A DNA stretch of 63,863 bases, the filler included. It is 6 parts of 6 records of this genome, joined end to end, with 100 filler letters (N's around TTAATTAATTAA, not from the genome) between each part and the next. Parts side by side here need not be neighbours in the genome. Positions count along the whole stretch, not along the records: positions 1 to 24,080 come from DRR378314_1549; 5 more parts are not named here. One strand, written 5' to 3'. Made by a program: the position numbers and the translations under genes. Under the pieces are notes generated by a model. That model had not been told where the DNA came from. It saw only the letters and a list, made by a program, of their open reading frames with translations, and made no database searches. This document shows positions 1 to 11,101 of the stretch, one piece after another (within the stretch, counting starts at the first letter, position 1; each line of letters opens with the position of its first letter).

Positions 1-1185
1 CGGGTTCAGGAAGCGCTCGAACAGCAGGTCGTATTCCAGAGGGTCAAGATCGGTAATCAACTGGGCGTAGGCCACCAGGGAGCCCGCACCGGAACCCCGG
101 CCAGGACCCACCGGCACGCCGTTGTTCTTGGCCCACTTGATGAAGTCCATAACGATCAGGAAGTACCCCGGGAACCCCATCTGGATAATGATATCCAGCT
201 CGAAATTCAGGCGCTTGTAGTAGGCCTCACGCTTGGCGTCGTACTCTGGATCGTCCTTGCTGAGGGTTTTCGCCAGCCGCTCTTCCAGGCCCTCTTCCGA
301 CACCTTGCGGAAGTAGTCATCCATGGTCATGCCGTCAGGGATGGGGTAGTTGGGCAGGAAGTACTCTCCCATACGCACCTGGACCGAGCAGCGCCGGGCG
401 ATTTCCACCGTATTCTCGACCGCCTCGGGGATATCGGAAAACAGCTCGATCATTTCGTCGGCGCTGCGCAGGTACTGCTGGTCGCTGAAGCGGCGATCCC
501 GCCTGGGGTCATCCAGAGTTCGGCTCTCGCCAATACAGACCCTGGCCTCATGGGCCTCGAAGTCCTCGGCATGGAGGAAGTGGACGTCGTTTGTCGCCAC
601 GACCGGGCAGCCCAGAGCCTCCGCCAACTCCACATTCAGGTGCAGACAATCTTCATCCCCAGGGCGGCCCGTGCGTTGCAGCTCCAGGTAGAACGATCCT
701 GGATAGAGGTCCATCCAGTATTCGGCACGCTGTCGAGCGAGCTCCAGCTTGCCCGACATCAGCGCCTTGCCCACATCCCCAAATCGCGCGCCCGACAGGG
801 CAATCAGCCCCTCCGTACGGCATTCAAGCCATTTGCGCTGAATAATCGGCTTACCGAAACGCTGCCCCTCCGTATAGCCCAGCGAGACCACTTCGGTCAG
901 GTTCAGATAACCATCATTGTTACGAGCCAGCAAAGTGATGCGAAACGGATTGTCGGGCTCGTCCGGGTTTTCGATCCACAGGTCGGCGCCGATAATCGGC
1001 TTTACCCCAGCGCCCATGGCAGCTTTGTAGAAGCGCACCAGGGAACACATGTTGGACTGTTCCGTCAGCCCCACAGCCGGCATTCCCAGCTCCGCAACGC
1101 GACCAATCAGGGGTTTGACCCTGACCAGTCCATCGACCATGGAGTACTCGGAATGCACGCGGAGGTGAACAAAGGTCTGTGACAT
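1..1185 (-). CDS. dnaE: DNA polymerase III alpha subunit (3' truncated by the window edge)
   Basis: The minus strand from ATG 1185 reads [21 protein letters not shown] (PHP domain). Later motifs include [39 protein letters not shown] and [15 protein letters not shown]. It is absent from the ORF track because it has no stop in the window. Confidence 0.97.
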   Translation of the reverse strand, partial: MSQTFVHLRVHSEYSMVDGLVRVKPLIGRVAELGMPAVGLTEQSNMCSLVRFYKAAMGAGVKPIIGADLWIENPDEPDNPFRITLLARNNDGYLNLTEVVSLGYTEGQRFGKPIIQRKWLECRTEGLIALSGARFGDVGKALMSGKLELARQRAEYWMDLYPGSFYLELQRTGRPGDEDCLHLNVELAEALGCPVVATNDVHFLHAEDFEAHEARVCIGESRTLDDPRRDRRFSDQQYLRSADEMIELFSDIPEAVENTVEIARRCSVQVRMGEYFLPNYPIPDGMTMDDYFRKVSEEGLEERLAKTLSKDDPEYDAKREAYYKRLNFELDIIIQMGFPGYFLIVMDFIKWAKNNGVPVGPGRGSGAGSLVAYAQLITDLDPLEYDLLFERFLNP

Positions 1186-1229
1186 AGCGTCGGGGTATTC
1201 CTGCATGTTGATGACGGTTCGGGGTCAGG

Positions 1230-1721
1230 TCAGCGACCAATCAGCTCTTTGATGTCTTCTTCGGTTTGCGGGCCAAAGCGTGTCTCAACCAGGTCTCCAT
1301 CGGGGTCCACGACGAACGTCGCAGGCAAGCCCACGGGCGTCTTCCATCCAAATTCGCCCCCCGGGTCTTCCGCCAGCAGGGTGTATTCAATGCCCATTTC
1401 CTTGCCCAGGTCGATCAATTCCTGGCCACGAACGTCATCGAAATTCACACCCAGGACCACAATGGCGCCGGCCCGGTCCAGACTGTTCAGCTCCGGGATC
1501 TCCTCCAGGCAGGGCTTGCACCACTCCGCCCAGTAGTTGACCAACACCCAGTGGCCGCGCAGGCTTTCCCACTGCAGCACCGTTCCGTCCGGCTTTTCAA
1601 ACTCCTGATTCTGGCAACCGGCCAGCGACAACAGGACCAATATTATACCGATCCTGCGCAACCTGGTGGAATAACGCACCAGTGCAAGGTACTTTGCAGG
1701 GTATCGCGCAGGGTATTGCAC
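1230..1721 (-). CDS. TlpA-family thiol-disulfide oxidoreductase, lipoprotein
   Basis: Thioredoxin motif VNYWAEWCKPC, GLPATFVVD and lipobox LAGC. GTG 1721 is preceded by AGGAGG; GTG 1679 is an alternative start. Confidence 0.88.
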   Translation of the reverse strand: MQYPARYPAKYLALVRYSTRLRRIGIILVLLSLAGCQNQEFEKPDGTVLQWESLRGHWVLVNYWAEWCKPCLEEIPELNSLDRAGAIVVLGVNFDDVRGQELIDLGKEMGIEYTLLAEDPGGEFGWKTPVGLPATFVVDPDGDLVETRFGPQTEEDIKELIGR

Positions 1722-1793
1722 AGGGTGTCCTCCTGTTAGACTACGGCGCTCAGACAAACTTGCGGTTAACCTGACCTGGGAAGAGGGAGAACC

Positions 1794-2763
<970 letters not shown>

Positions 2764-2796
2764 CCCCGGCGCCAGTCAACAACAACGGATCATCGA

Positions 2797-3165
2797 ATGC
2801 TTCACAACCCCAAAGCCCGAATTACCGCCCGGCTGACCATTCTGCTTTACCTGGCCACCCTGGCGGCGTTGCTTGTCAGCACCTTCTACCCCGTGCAGGT
2901 GGAGGGCGTCTCCGTCACACTGATGCTCAGCGTAAAGCTGGTCCCGCTTCTGGCCTTTGCAGTACCGGTATTCAGGGGACACAATCGCGGTTATATCTGG
3001 CTCAGTTTCGTCGTGATTTTCTATTTTACCCAATACGTTGTGTCGGCGTGGCTCAGTGAGGGTGCCATTACCCCCCTGCTCATCGCCGTGCTGACTTTCC
3101 TGCTGTTTACCGTGGCCATGGTCCACCTTAAGGTGAACCGCCCGCAGCCCGTTACCGAAACCTGA
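2797..3165 (+). CDS. DUF2069-like inner membrane protein
   Basis: 122 aa with about four hydrophobic segments and a YIWLSFVVIFYF motif, in the usual position after arsC-wrbA. Confidence 0.75.
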   Translation: MLHNPKARITARLTILLYLATLAALLVSTFYPVQVEGVSVTLMLSVKLVPLLAFAVPVFRGHNRGYIWLSFVVIFYFTQYVVSAWLSEGAITPLLIAVLTFLLFTVAMVHLKVNRPQPVTET

Positions 3166-3178
3166 CAGGAAACGCATC

Positions 3179-4981
3179 ATGGCTGACAGCACTCATCCAC
3201 CCGCACCACACAGAAGCACGTTGACTCTGAGGGATATCTGTACGGCGCTGGTCACCGGTGGAGAGATTACTCAGGAGGATGCCGAGCGGGTCCTCTCAGC
3301 CAACATTGGCATCCAGACAGGCAGCAGCGGGCCCGCCAGCCAGCGCCACCCACTGGAACTGGTGGCCAAGGCCGGGCTGGAAAGCCAGAAAACCGGGCGC
3401 ACGCTGGACCTGGACAGGCTGACCCAATGGCTGGCGGAGTGGGCGGAACAGCCCTATTACCACATTGATCCACTGAAAATAGACACACCAGCGATTGCCC
3501 GTGTGATGTCCTACGCCTTCGCCCAGCGACACGGCATTCTCGCGGTTGAAATAGGCCAGGATGAGGTCCTGATTGCCAGCACCGAACCCTTCAAGAGTGA
3601 CTGGGAGGGCAACCTGCGTCAGGCGGTCAGAAAAGACATCCGCCGCGTGGTCGCCAACCCTGAGGATATCCGCCGCTACACCGTTGAGTTCTACCAACTG
3701 GCGAGCTCCGTCAGCAAGGCCGGTGGTAACAACGCAGCCAACCCGGCAGGCACCCAGAACTTTGAGCAGTTGTTGGATCTGGGCGCCAGCGAACATCCTG
3801 ACGCCAACGACCAGCACGTGGTCAAGATCGTCGACTGGCTTTTGCAATACGCGTTTGACCAGCGCGCGTCGGATATCCACATTGAACCACGGCGTAATGT
3901 CACCCAGGTGCGCTTCCGAATCGACGGGGTACTGCACAACGTCTACGAATTTCCGGACCAGGTCGGTGTCGCCGTCACCAGCCGCCTGAAAATCCTCGGC
4001 AGGCTGAACGTGGCGGAAAAGCGCCGTCCCCAGGATGGTCGCATCAAAACCCGAAAACCGGACAACAGCGAAGTGGAACTGCGCCTGGCGACCATGCCCA
4101 CCGCCTTCGGCGAAAAAATGGTGTTGCGGATTTTTGACCCGGAAGTGTTGCTGAAGTCCTATGAGCAACTGGGCTTTTCCAAGGAAGACCGGGAGCGCTG
4201 GCAGGCGATTACCGATCACCCTCATGGCATTGTCCTGGTCACCGGGCCCACCGGGTCTGGCAAAACCACCACCCTGTACTCAACCCTCAAGCAACTGGCC
4301 ACCCCCGAGGTGAACATCTGCACCATCGAGGACCCGATCGAGATGGTGGAGCCGGCCTTCAACCAGATGCAGGTACAGACCAATATCGAGCTGACGTTTG
4401 CCTCTGGAGTCCGAGCCCTGTTGCGACAGGACCCGGATATCATCATGATCGGCGAAATCCGTGACCTTGAGACTGCCGAGATGGCCGTGCAGGCAGCACT
4501 GACCGGGCATCTGGTACTGTCGACCCTGCACACTAACGACGCACCCAGTGCCATTACCCGATTGATGGAACTGGGCATTCCTCCTTACCTGATTCGCGCC
4601 ACAGTGCTGGGCGTGATGGCGCAACGGCTAACAAGAACCCTATGCCCCCATTGCAAGGCGCCGGGGCCAGTAGACGCGCAGGCCTGGCAGAGCCTGACCC
4701 GTCCCTGGAAGGCCACCATGCCGAAACAGGTCTATCATCCGGTTGGCTGTCTGGAGTGCCGGAACACCGGTTACTATGGACGGGCGGGCGTGTACGAAAT
4801 CATGCAGCTGTCCGGCAACCTGATCCGGCAGATTACCGAGCAGTGCGAGCTGGACCGGCTAAGGGTGGATGCCTATAAGGATGGCATGAAATCGCTGCGA
4901 CTCAGTGGCGCGCAGAAGGTGTCCGCCGGCTCCACCACGGTCGAGGAAATCCTGCGAGTGACTCCCGAGAGCCAGCGGTGA
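3179..4981 (+). CDS. GspE/PulE/PilB-family secretion ATPase
   Basis: ASDIHIEP, Walker A GPTGSGKTT, TIEDPIE, LRQDPDIIMIGEIRD, TGHLVLSTLHTND, and Zn-binding CPHC...CLEC. Confidence 0.93.
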   Translation: MADSTHPPAPHRSTLTLRDICTALVTGGEITQEDAERVLSANIGIQTGSSGPASQRHPLELVAKAGLESQKTGRTLDLDRLTQWLAEWAEQPYYHIDPLKIDTPAIARVMSYAFAQRHGILAVEIGQDEVLIASTEPFKSDWEGNLRQAVRKDIRRVVANPEDIRRYTVEFYQLASSVSKAGGNNAANPAGTQNFEQLLDLGASEHPDANDQHVVKIVDWLLQYAFDQRASDIHIEPRRNVTQVRFRIDGVLHNVYEFPDQVGVAVTSRLKILGRLNVAEKRRPQDGRIKTRKPDNSEVELRLATMPTAFGEKMVLRIFDPEVLLKSYEQLGFSKEDRERWQAITDHPHGIVLVTGPTGSGKTTTLYSTLKQLATPEVNICTIEDPIEMVEPAFNQMQVQTNIELTFASGVRALLRQDPDIIMIGEIRDLETAEMAVQAALTGHLVLSTLHTNDAPSAITRLMELGIPPYLIRATVLGVMAQRLTRTLCPHCKAPGPVDAQAWQSLTRPWKATMPKQVYHPVGCLECRNTGYYGRAGVYEIMQLSGNLIRQITEQCELDRLRVDAYKDGMKSLRLSGAQKVSAGSTTVEEILRVTPESQR

Positions 4982-5017
4982 TCCGCTCCCTGACGTCGTG
5001 TTCTCGATAGCAGAACG

Positions 5018-6061
5018 TTACCGGTCAGACACACCACACTGACTGAGCAACTGCCGCCAGCGCTCATTGTGGGCGGTTGTGGCTCGCTCCAACTGGCCCC
5101 AGACACTGTCGGTATTGCCGGTATCCAGATAACGCCGGTACCACTCACGAAAAGCTGACGGCATGATCTCCGACTGTTGGGCCGCCAGCGTATCCAGCGG
5201 CTCTATCAGCGCTTCTCTTGCCTGCTCCACACTGCCGAGATAACCCTCAATGCCGCCGAAGTCGTTGGTGTAGGTTTCCACAAACCCAGCCGGCGGTTCT
5301 TCAGGCTCTGCCCCCGAACAAGGTGGCCCTTCTTCCAGCTTCTCAACCAACAGCGCCGTTGCGTCGTTAAGCCGCGTTGTCATCAGTCGTGCGCTGTTCA
5401 GGAGCTGACCGGCACGATGCTCCGACTGCCAGAGCTGATGCACACTCCCCACGTACTCCAGCGGCTCATCCGTGTTACCCGCCAACAGGCCACTAACCGT
5501 CTGGTTGACCCGCCTTACGCCGGAAGCCAGCTCCGCCAGAGGCTTGTCATCGCCATCGCCAGGATAATACCCCTGAGACAAGGTAAACAGGCGCTCAACT
5601 TCCTCTACGCCCCACGTCGCGTTCCACACCGCAATGGGGAGCGTTTCAGCTTTATGGCTAATGGCCTTTTCCAGCTCTTCCTGCATGCCTTCACGATCAG
5701 TCTCTGGAATACAGGCCTCAGCGGCACGGATAAACCGCGTCTCATAACGTAATCGATTCAAGGGTTGCATCACCCGCCCCATGATCGAATTCCGTTCCCC
5801 GACCACGTACTGCAACTCGCACCCGTAGAGCGACAGAAAATCGAGCATCCCCATATCCAGCTCCGGCATCTCGAGAACCCGTTCACGCCGTCGAGGTATC
5901 TGAGACACAGGCTCGATATCGGAAAGCTCGGGGCGCAGCTCCAAGACATCGGCCACGCTTATCACGTACCCATCCATCATTTCCGGAACACCGGAATCCG
6001 GGGCGCAGGCAGCAAGGGACAGGCAAGTCAAAGGTGCTAATAGATATCGAACGTCAGGCAA
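5018..6061 (-). CDS. DUF3080-like lipoprotein
   Basis: Lipobox-like LAAC; LYGCELQYVVGERNSIMGRV motif recalled for DUF3080. Confidence 0.7.
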   Translation of the reverse strand: MPDVRYLLAPLTCLSLAACAPDSGVPEMMDGYVISVADVLELRPELSDIEPVSQIPRRRERVLEMPELDMGMLDFLSLYGCELQYVVGERNSIMGRVMQPLNRLRYETRFIRAAEACIPETDREGMQEELEKAISHKAETLPIAVWNATWGVEEVERLFTLSQGYYPGDGDDKPLAELASGVRRVNQTVSGLLAGNTDEPLEYVGSVHQLWQSEHRAGQLLNSARLMTTRLNDATALLVEKLEEGPPCSGAEPEEPPAGFVETYTNDFGGIEGYLGSVEQAREALIEPLDTLAAQQSEIMPSAFREWYRRYLDTGNTDSVWGQLERATTAHNERWRQLLSQCGVSDR

Positions 6062-6109
6062 TGGGCCTCCTGCTCACAGGTGGTCAGAGAGGAAGGCACC
6101 CATGGCGGG

Positions 6110-6802
6110 TCAACCCTGCTGCAGAAACCTGTCGACCCCTGCAAAATCCGTGGTCACCGCACGCTCCGTTTCCGGCAACTCTCCCTCACGTACAAGCCAG
6201 ACAGTGCGCATGCCCGCTTCCTCAGCCGCCTTCAGTTCGGCCTCAACGTCGGAGAGGAACAACACCGTCCGGGGCTCAACACCCAGCTCATTGACGATGT
6301 TGCTATAGGAAGCCGGCTCCTTCTTACCGCCGATACGGGTATCGAAGTAGCCGGAAAAGAACGGCGTTAGATCGCCAGCTTCGCTGAAACCGAAAATCAG
6401 CTTCTGTGCCTTCACAGAACCGGAAGAATATACGAAAAGACGCAATCCCCGATCATGCCATCGCTGCAGATACTCGGCAGCATCGTCGTAAATGTGTCCC
6501 CGGAAAGCACCCTGTTGATAGCCTTGCTCCCAAAGCATTCCTTGCAGGGCCTTCAGGGGTGTTTCCTTACGGTCTTCTCGAATCCAGGTGTCCAGCACCT
6601 CGATAAGCCCGTCGATATCCTCCCGGGCAACACCAGAGGTTTCCGCAACAGCATCCAGCTGCTCACGGATCTCAATGCTGTCCGCCGCCCCATCCCGCAC
6701 AAACCCGGCCATATGCTGCGCGGAATACGGAAACAGGACCTCGTGTACGAAGGAAATCGAACTGGTGGTCCCCTCGATATCCGTCAGGATCACGCGGATC
6801 AT
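6110..6802 (-). CDS. mtnC: Enolase-phosphatase E1 (acireductone synthase)
   Basis: HAD motif LTDIEGTTSSISFVHEVLFPY, plus YSSGSV and LFLSD; overlaps the mtnD stop. Confidence 0.95.
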   Translation of the reverse strand: MIRVILTDIEGTTSSISFVHEVLFPYSAQHMAGFVRDGAADSIEIREQLDAVAETSGVAREDIDGLIEVLDTWIREDRKETPLKALQGMLWEQGYQQGAFRGHIYDDAAEYLQRWHDRGLRLFVYSSGSVKAQKLIFGFSEAGDLTPFFSGYFDTRIGGKKEPASYSNIVNELGVEPRTVLFLSDVEAELKAAEEAGMRTVWLVREGELPETERAVTTDFAGVDRFLQQG

Positions 6803-7359
6803 CCAGTTGCTCCTGCCAGGCGCTCGTATCGTGGCAACCGGCTGGCGATGTCCTCACCGGTGAAGTCCGCAACCCAGCCCTCCGGGTTGGTGAACAGACG
6901 GATACAGGTGAACGCGGGCTCCGGCCCCATATCAAACCAGTGGCGTGTGCCATCCGGCACGCTGATCAGGTCATTTTTCTGGCACATGACAGCGTAAACC
7001 TGATCACCAAAATGCAGGTAAAACAGTCCCTGCCCCCGCACAAAGAAGCGCACCTCGTCTTCGCTATGCACATGTTCGTCGAGAAACTTCTGACGGAAAG
7101 CGCCTTTCTGGGGATTGTCCGGGTTGAGACTGATCACATCCGCCGCCTGGAAGCCGCACTCCTCTTTGAGCGCCCGGATCTCGTCGCCATAGGCCTCGAG
7201 AATGGCGTCGGATGACGCATCTGCGGGCAGATCCCGGGTGGGCCATTGTTCGAACCGCACACCGTGCTCGGCGAGCAGGTTGGCAATTTTGCCGGCGTCT
7301 TCGGTCACAACGCGCGGGGATTCGGGCGCACTCTGGTCAAAAATGCTCAAGGTTGTCAT
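6799..7359 (-). CDS. mtnD: Acireductone dioxygenase (cupin)
   Basis: EHVHSEDEVRFF, HWFDMG and IRLF motifs. Confidence 0.95.
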   Translation of the reverse strand: MTTLSIFDQSAPESPRVVTEDAGKIANLLAEHGVRFEQWPTRDLPADASSDAILEAYGDEIRALKEECGFQAADVISLNPDNPQKGAFRQKFLDEHVHSEDEVRFFVRGQGLFYLHFGDQVYAVMCQKNDLISVPDGTRHWFDMGPEPAFTCIRLFTNPEGWVADFTGEDIASRLPRYERLAGATG

Positions 7360-7982
7360 CGGCGGACCCTCATGGTTTCAAGCTCACATTCGAAAAGGAA
7401 TTCAAAGGCTTCGACGTGGCGCAGGCAGTCTGACATGGTCCTGCCCCAGGTATAAAGACCGTGCCCACGAATCAAATAGCCGGGTTGTTCAGGGTGCTGG
7501 CGAAACCAGTCCCCGGTTTGTGCCGCCAGCGCCGGGATATCCTGAGTGTTGTCGAACACCGGCACAGTCAGCTCCGACTCATGGGTTTCAACCCCCGAAA
7601 ACGCCTTCTGTAACTCGTAGCCCTGCAACACCAGCGGTTCTCCGGCGGGCAACAGCCGGCTGAGTACCGTTGCCTTCACCGAGTGGGTATGCAAAACCGC
7701 GCCAACGTCCGGAAAGGTCTGATACAAAACCGTGTGCAACCGCGTCTCCGCGGACGAGCGGGCGTTGCTCTGGACGGGGTTGCCGGCGAGGTCCACCACC
7801 ATGACGTCGCCCGCCACCAATTGCCCTTTGTGGCGGCCGGAGACTGTAACGGCAATATGCTCGTCATCGATTCGTGCCGAATAGTTACTACTGGTGGCCG
7901 GCGACCAACCTTGGTCGTAGAGAAACCGGCCGGCATCAACGATGGACTGCGCGGCGATAGCGTAGCGGGTTACGTCAAACAA
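7356..7982 (-). CDS. mtnB: Methylthioribulose-1-phosphate dehydratase
   Basis: GWSPATSSNYS, SAETRLH, HTHS and GHGLYTWG (class II aldolase fold). Likely TTG start at 7982 after GAGGT. Confidence 0.93.
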   Translation of the reverse strand: MFDVTRYAIAAQSIVDAGRFLYDQGWSPATSSNYSARIDDEHIAVTVSGRHKGQLVAGDVMVVDLAGNPVQSNARSSAETRLHTVLYQTFPDVGAVLHTHSVKATVLSRLLPAGEPLVLQGYELQKAFSGVETHESELTVPVFDNTQDIPALAAQTGDWFRQHPEQPGYLIRGHGLYTWGRTMSDCLRHVEAFEFLFECELETMRVRR

Positions 7983-8028
7983 AAGGCACCTCGGAAATAA
8001 CACGCCGGATCAGCGTTCGATGTTTACT

Positions 8029-8056
8029 ATTATAAGGATGGGCGTGCCACCCGCAA
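8029..8056 (-). promoter_or_regulatory. Putative sigma70 promoter for mtnBDC
   Basis: The minus strand reads TTGCGG-16 nt-TATAAT about 50 nt upstream of mtnB. Confidence 0.5.
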
Positions 8057-8108
8057 AGGCCAAGGAACGCCCCCTTTAGACTTCAAAAGAGACTTAAAAA
8101 GCCACGAG

Positions 8109-10313
8109 CTATGCCGTGGCCTTCAGGGGAAGGCTACGCTGACGCTCGCCAGTCAGGGCAAACAGCGCGTTGCCCAGGGCCGGGATCACCGGCGGCACCC
8201 CAGGCTCGCCCACGCCGGTGGGTGGCTGGTCGCTATCGATAATGTCTACCACGACCTCGGGGCGCTGATCATGCCGCATCAATGGGTAATCATGGAAATT
8301 GCTCTGCCGGACCTGTCCGTCCTCAAACGTAATGTTGCCGCAGAGCGCTGCCGTCAGGCCAAAGATGACTCCACCCTCAATCTGGTCGCGGACAATGTCC
8401 GGGTTAACCACCTGGCCGCAATCCACAGCGCAGGTCACCTTGTGCACCCGAATTTCCCCGGCCTCGACGCTGGCCTCTACCACCTGGGCCACGTAGGTGC
8501 CAAAACTGCGAAACAGGGCAACTCCCCGGGCGCGCCCTTCTGGCGCAGGGCTGTCCCATCCGGCCAACCGCGCAGCACTATCCAGCACGCCCAGATGTCG
8601 TGGTTCATGATCAATCAATGAGCGCCGGAATCGATACGGGTCCTGCCCCAGATCATGGGCCAGTTCGTCCATAAAGGTTTCAACGGCAAAGCCGTTGTGG
8701 GAGAAGCCCACGGAGCGCCACCAGGACACAGGCACCCCCGGGTCTGTATGCGTATGCCGAATATCAAGATTCGGCACCCGGTAGGGATACTCTATGGCGC
8801 CCTCAATGGCGGAATGATCTTTCGGAGTTGCGATGCCCTCCGCCATCAGGCCTACCCGCCCAAGGGTGTCGTACATGAATTTGGGCGCCCAGGGGTACTG
8901 GGCTGGCGCAGCATTGCGAACATACCAGTCCAGTATCTGCGGGCCGACAATCTGATGGTGCCAACCAGTAACCTGATCGCCGCTGACACTGGCCCTCATC
9001 CGGTGCAGCATGGCCGGGCGGTAGACATCGTGACGGGTATCCTCCTCCCGTGACCAGATCAGCTTGACCGGCTTGCCCAAACGGTAGGCAACAGACGCCG
9101 CTTCCTCAATGTAGTCGTTCGTCAGCCGGCGCCCGAAGCCGCCGCCCAGGAAGGTGGTATGGATGGTTACCTCATCCGGAGACAGGTCGGTCACCCTGGC
9201 AGCGGCGATCCGGCCAAGATCCGGTGCCTGGGTTGGCGCCCAGACTTCAATGCCGTTGCCTCGATACCAGGCTGTTGCGTTCATCGGTTCCAGAGTCGCA
9301 TGGGCGAGGTAAGGCTGCTCGTAACTGGCCTCCACCACGCGCTCCGCGCCTTGCAGTGCCCCGTCAAAATCGCCTTCACTGCGCTCGCGCGCTCCTGGAT
9401 CTTCGGCGGCCGCACTATGATAGGCAGAGAACACCTGATCCGAGGACACATCCAACGCGCCGTCGTTATCCCATTCAATCATCAGCGCATCCTGGGCCTT
9501 GCGAGCTCGCCAGTATTTATCCGCCACGACCGCGACGCCACGCTCAATTTCAAACACATCCAGCACGCCCGGCAAACGGCGAGCGGCGCTATCGTCGTAA
9601 GACTTTACTCTTGCGCCATAGCGGGGAGGCCGGGAAACCACGGCGTAAACCATGTCTTCCATCTCGACATCGATGCCGTAGATAGGCGCACCAGTGGACT
9701 TGGCCTCGGCATCCAGGCGACCCCGCCCTTTGCCAATGTAGGTCCAGTCGGCACGGGGTTTCAGAGGCGGATCCTCGGGCACGGACTGCTTTGCCGCCAG
9801 TTCCACCAAGCGACCGTATGCCAGGCTGTCACTGCCATTCGGGTGAATCACCCTGCCGTTCGCAACCTGGCACTCGTTCGGACTGACGTCCCAGACACTG
9901 GCTGCAGCCGCAACCAACATTATGCGTGCAGAGGCCCCCGCCACCCGCAACAGCTGCCAACTGGTCGCCAGACTGGTGCTGCCACCCGTCAATTGCAGGT
10001 TATAGAGAGGGTTGCGGTATTCCGGGGCGGCCGGGGCAAATCGCGGCTGGATGGATTCGGGAGCCAGCTCCAGCTCTTCCGCGATGAGTGTTGTCAGGCC
10101 GGTATAGGTTCCCTGCCCCATTTCAACACGCGCCAGGGTGAAATAGACCTGATCATCCGTGGTCAACTCCAGCCAGGCATCCGGTTTCCAGCTACCGCCC
10201 TGCTCATTATAACCGGTCTGGATGCCAGCACAGCCGGGAAGCGCCAGGGAAAGCACCAACCCACCAGAGGACCCTGCCGTTACCTTGAGAAAATCGCGTC
10301 GATTCATGGCCAT
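8109..10313 (-). CDS. Xanthine dehydrogenase-family molybdopterin-binding subunit (IorB-like), Tat signal
   Basis: MAMNRRDFLK twin-arginine leader; EMGQG, TGGSTS, GGGFGRR and GVGEPGVPP motifs. Confidence 0.92.
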   Translation of the reverse strand: MAMNRRDFLKVTAGSSGGLVLSLALPGCAGIQTGYNEQGGSWKPDAWLELTTDDQVYFTLARVEMGQGTYTGLTTLIAEELELAPESIQPRFAPAAPEYRNPLYNLQLTGGSTSLATSWQLLRVAGASARIMLVAAAASVWDVSPNECQVANGRVIHPNGSDSLAYGRLVELAAKQSVPEDPPLKPRADWTYIGKGRGRLDAEAKSTGAPIYGIDVEMEDMVYAVVSRPPRYGARVKSYDDSAARRLPGVLDVFEIERGVAVVADKYWRARKAQDALMIEWDNDGALDVSSDQVFSAYHSAAAEDPGARERSEGDFDGALQGAERVVEASYEQPYLAHATLEPMNATAWYRGNGIEVWAPTQAPDLGRIAAARVTDLSPDEVTIHTTFLGGGFGRRLTNDYIEEAASVAYRLGKPVKLIWSREEDTRHDVYRPAMLHRMRASVSGDQVTGWHHQIVGPQILDWYVRNAAPAQYPWAPKFMYDTLGRVGLMAEGIATPKDHSAIEGAIEYPYRVPNLDIRHTHTDPGVPVSWWRSVGFSHNGFAVETFMDELAHDLGQDPYRFRRSLIDHEPRHLGVLDSAARLAGWDSPAPEGRARGVALFRSFGTYVAQVVEASVEAGEIRVHKVTCAVDCGQVVNPDIVRDQIEGGVIFGLTAALCGNITFEDGQVRQSNFHDYPLMRHDQRPEVVVDIIDSDQPPTGVGEPGVPPVIPALGNALFALTGERQRSLPLKATA

Positions 10314-10314
10314 A

Positions 10315-10797
10315 TTACGCCTCTCCCCGATTAGACTCGGCGACATCACCGGTTACGGATTCAACGGCTGCCACGATTCGGGAATAGGTACCGCAGCGAC
10401 AAAGATTTCCGCTCAGCGCTGCGACGATTTCATCACGAGAGGGCGCGTCATTATGCTGTAGCAGGTGCGCCGCGCTCATGATCTGCCCGGACTGGCAGTA
10501 GCCGCACTGGGGCACGCCATACTCGACCCATGCCTTCTGCAGCGGGTGCAGACGCCCATCCTGAGAGAGACCTTCGATGGTCATCACATCCCCACCGTCC
10601 GCCAGTTCAACCGGAGTAGAGCAGGAACGTACGGGATGTCCGTTTAGATGTACGGTGCAGGCGCCACAAAGCCCCATTCCGCAACCAAACTTGGTGCCCT
10701 TGAGTCCGAGTTCATCGCGAATCACCCAAAGCAGCGGGGTGTCGCTGTCGACATCGAGCGTCCGTTTCCCGCCATTGACAGTAAGGCTCACGGCCAT
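10315..10797 (-). CDS. 2Fe-2S subunit (IorA-like)
   Basis: GTKFGCGMGLCGACTV, QCGYCQSG and NLCRCGTY. Confidence 0.94.
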   Translation of the reverse strand: MAVSLTVNGGKRTLDVDSDTPLLWVIRDELGLKGTKFGCGMGLCGACTVHLNGHPVRSCSTPVELADGGDVMTIEGLSQDGRLHPLQKAWVEYGVPQCGYCQSGQIMSAAHLLQHNDAPSRDEIVAALSGNLCRCGTYSRIVAAVESVTGDVAESNRGEA

Positions 10798-10869
10798 GGT
10801 TGTTCTCTCCCATGTTGTCCGGAGCCCCTGCCCCGGCTGCATTGTTATTATCGTTTGGGCGGAGCGACG

Positions 10870-11061
10870 TTATTTGACGACGTCGTTACCGTCCTTGTCG
10901 GTCCAGATCTTCCGCTCACCGGTTTCCATCTTGCCCTGTGAGTCCCATATCTCGCGGTCCGTTGTTGCCTCTTCCACCTTGCCATTGTCGTTCCAGATGA
11001 CACGGTCTTTGCACCCGGCCAATGCCGCCGCCACGAACAGTACCAACATCAGTTGTTTCAC
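10870..11061 (-). CDS. Small 63-aa lipoprotein with three RxIW repeats
   Basis: GGAGG RBS, GTG start and signal KQLMLVLFVAAALAGC; mature part DRVIWNDNGK / DREIWDSQGK / ERKIWTDKDG. Confidence 0.75.
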   Translation of the reverse strand: MKQLMLVLFVAAALAGCKDRVIWNDNGKVEEATTDREIWDSQGKMETGERKIWTDKDGNDVVK

Positions 11062-11101
11062 ACTTACCTCCGGACCGATTTTATCGGCGTTGGGTGAATA
11101 T

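Noticed and set aside
9159-10334. Long antisense ORFs (also 3296-4225, 15012-15938, 59073-60104, 60654-61901)
   Set aside because: Shadow frames of well-supported genes in GC-rich DNA, with no motifs.
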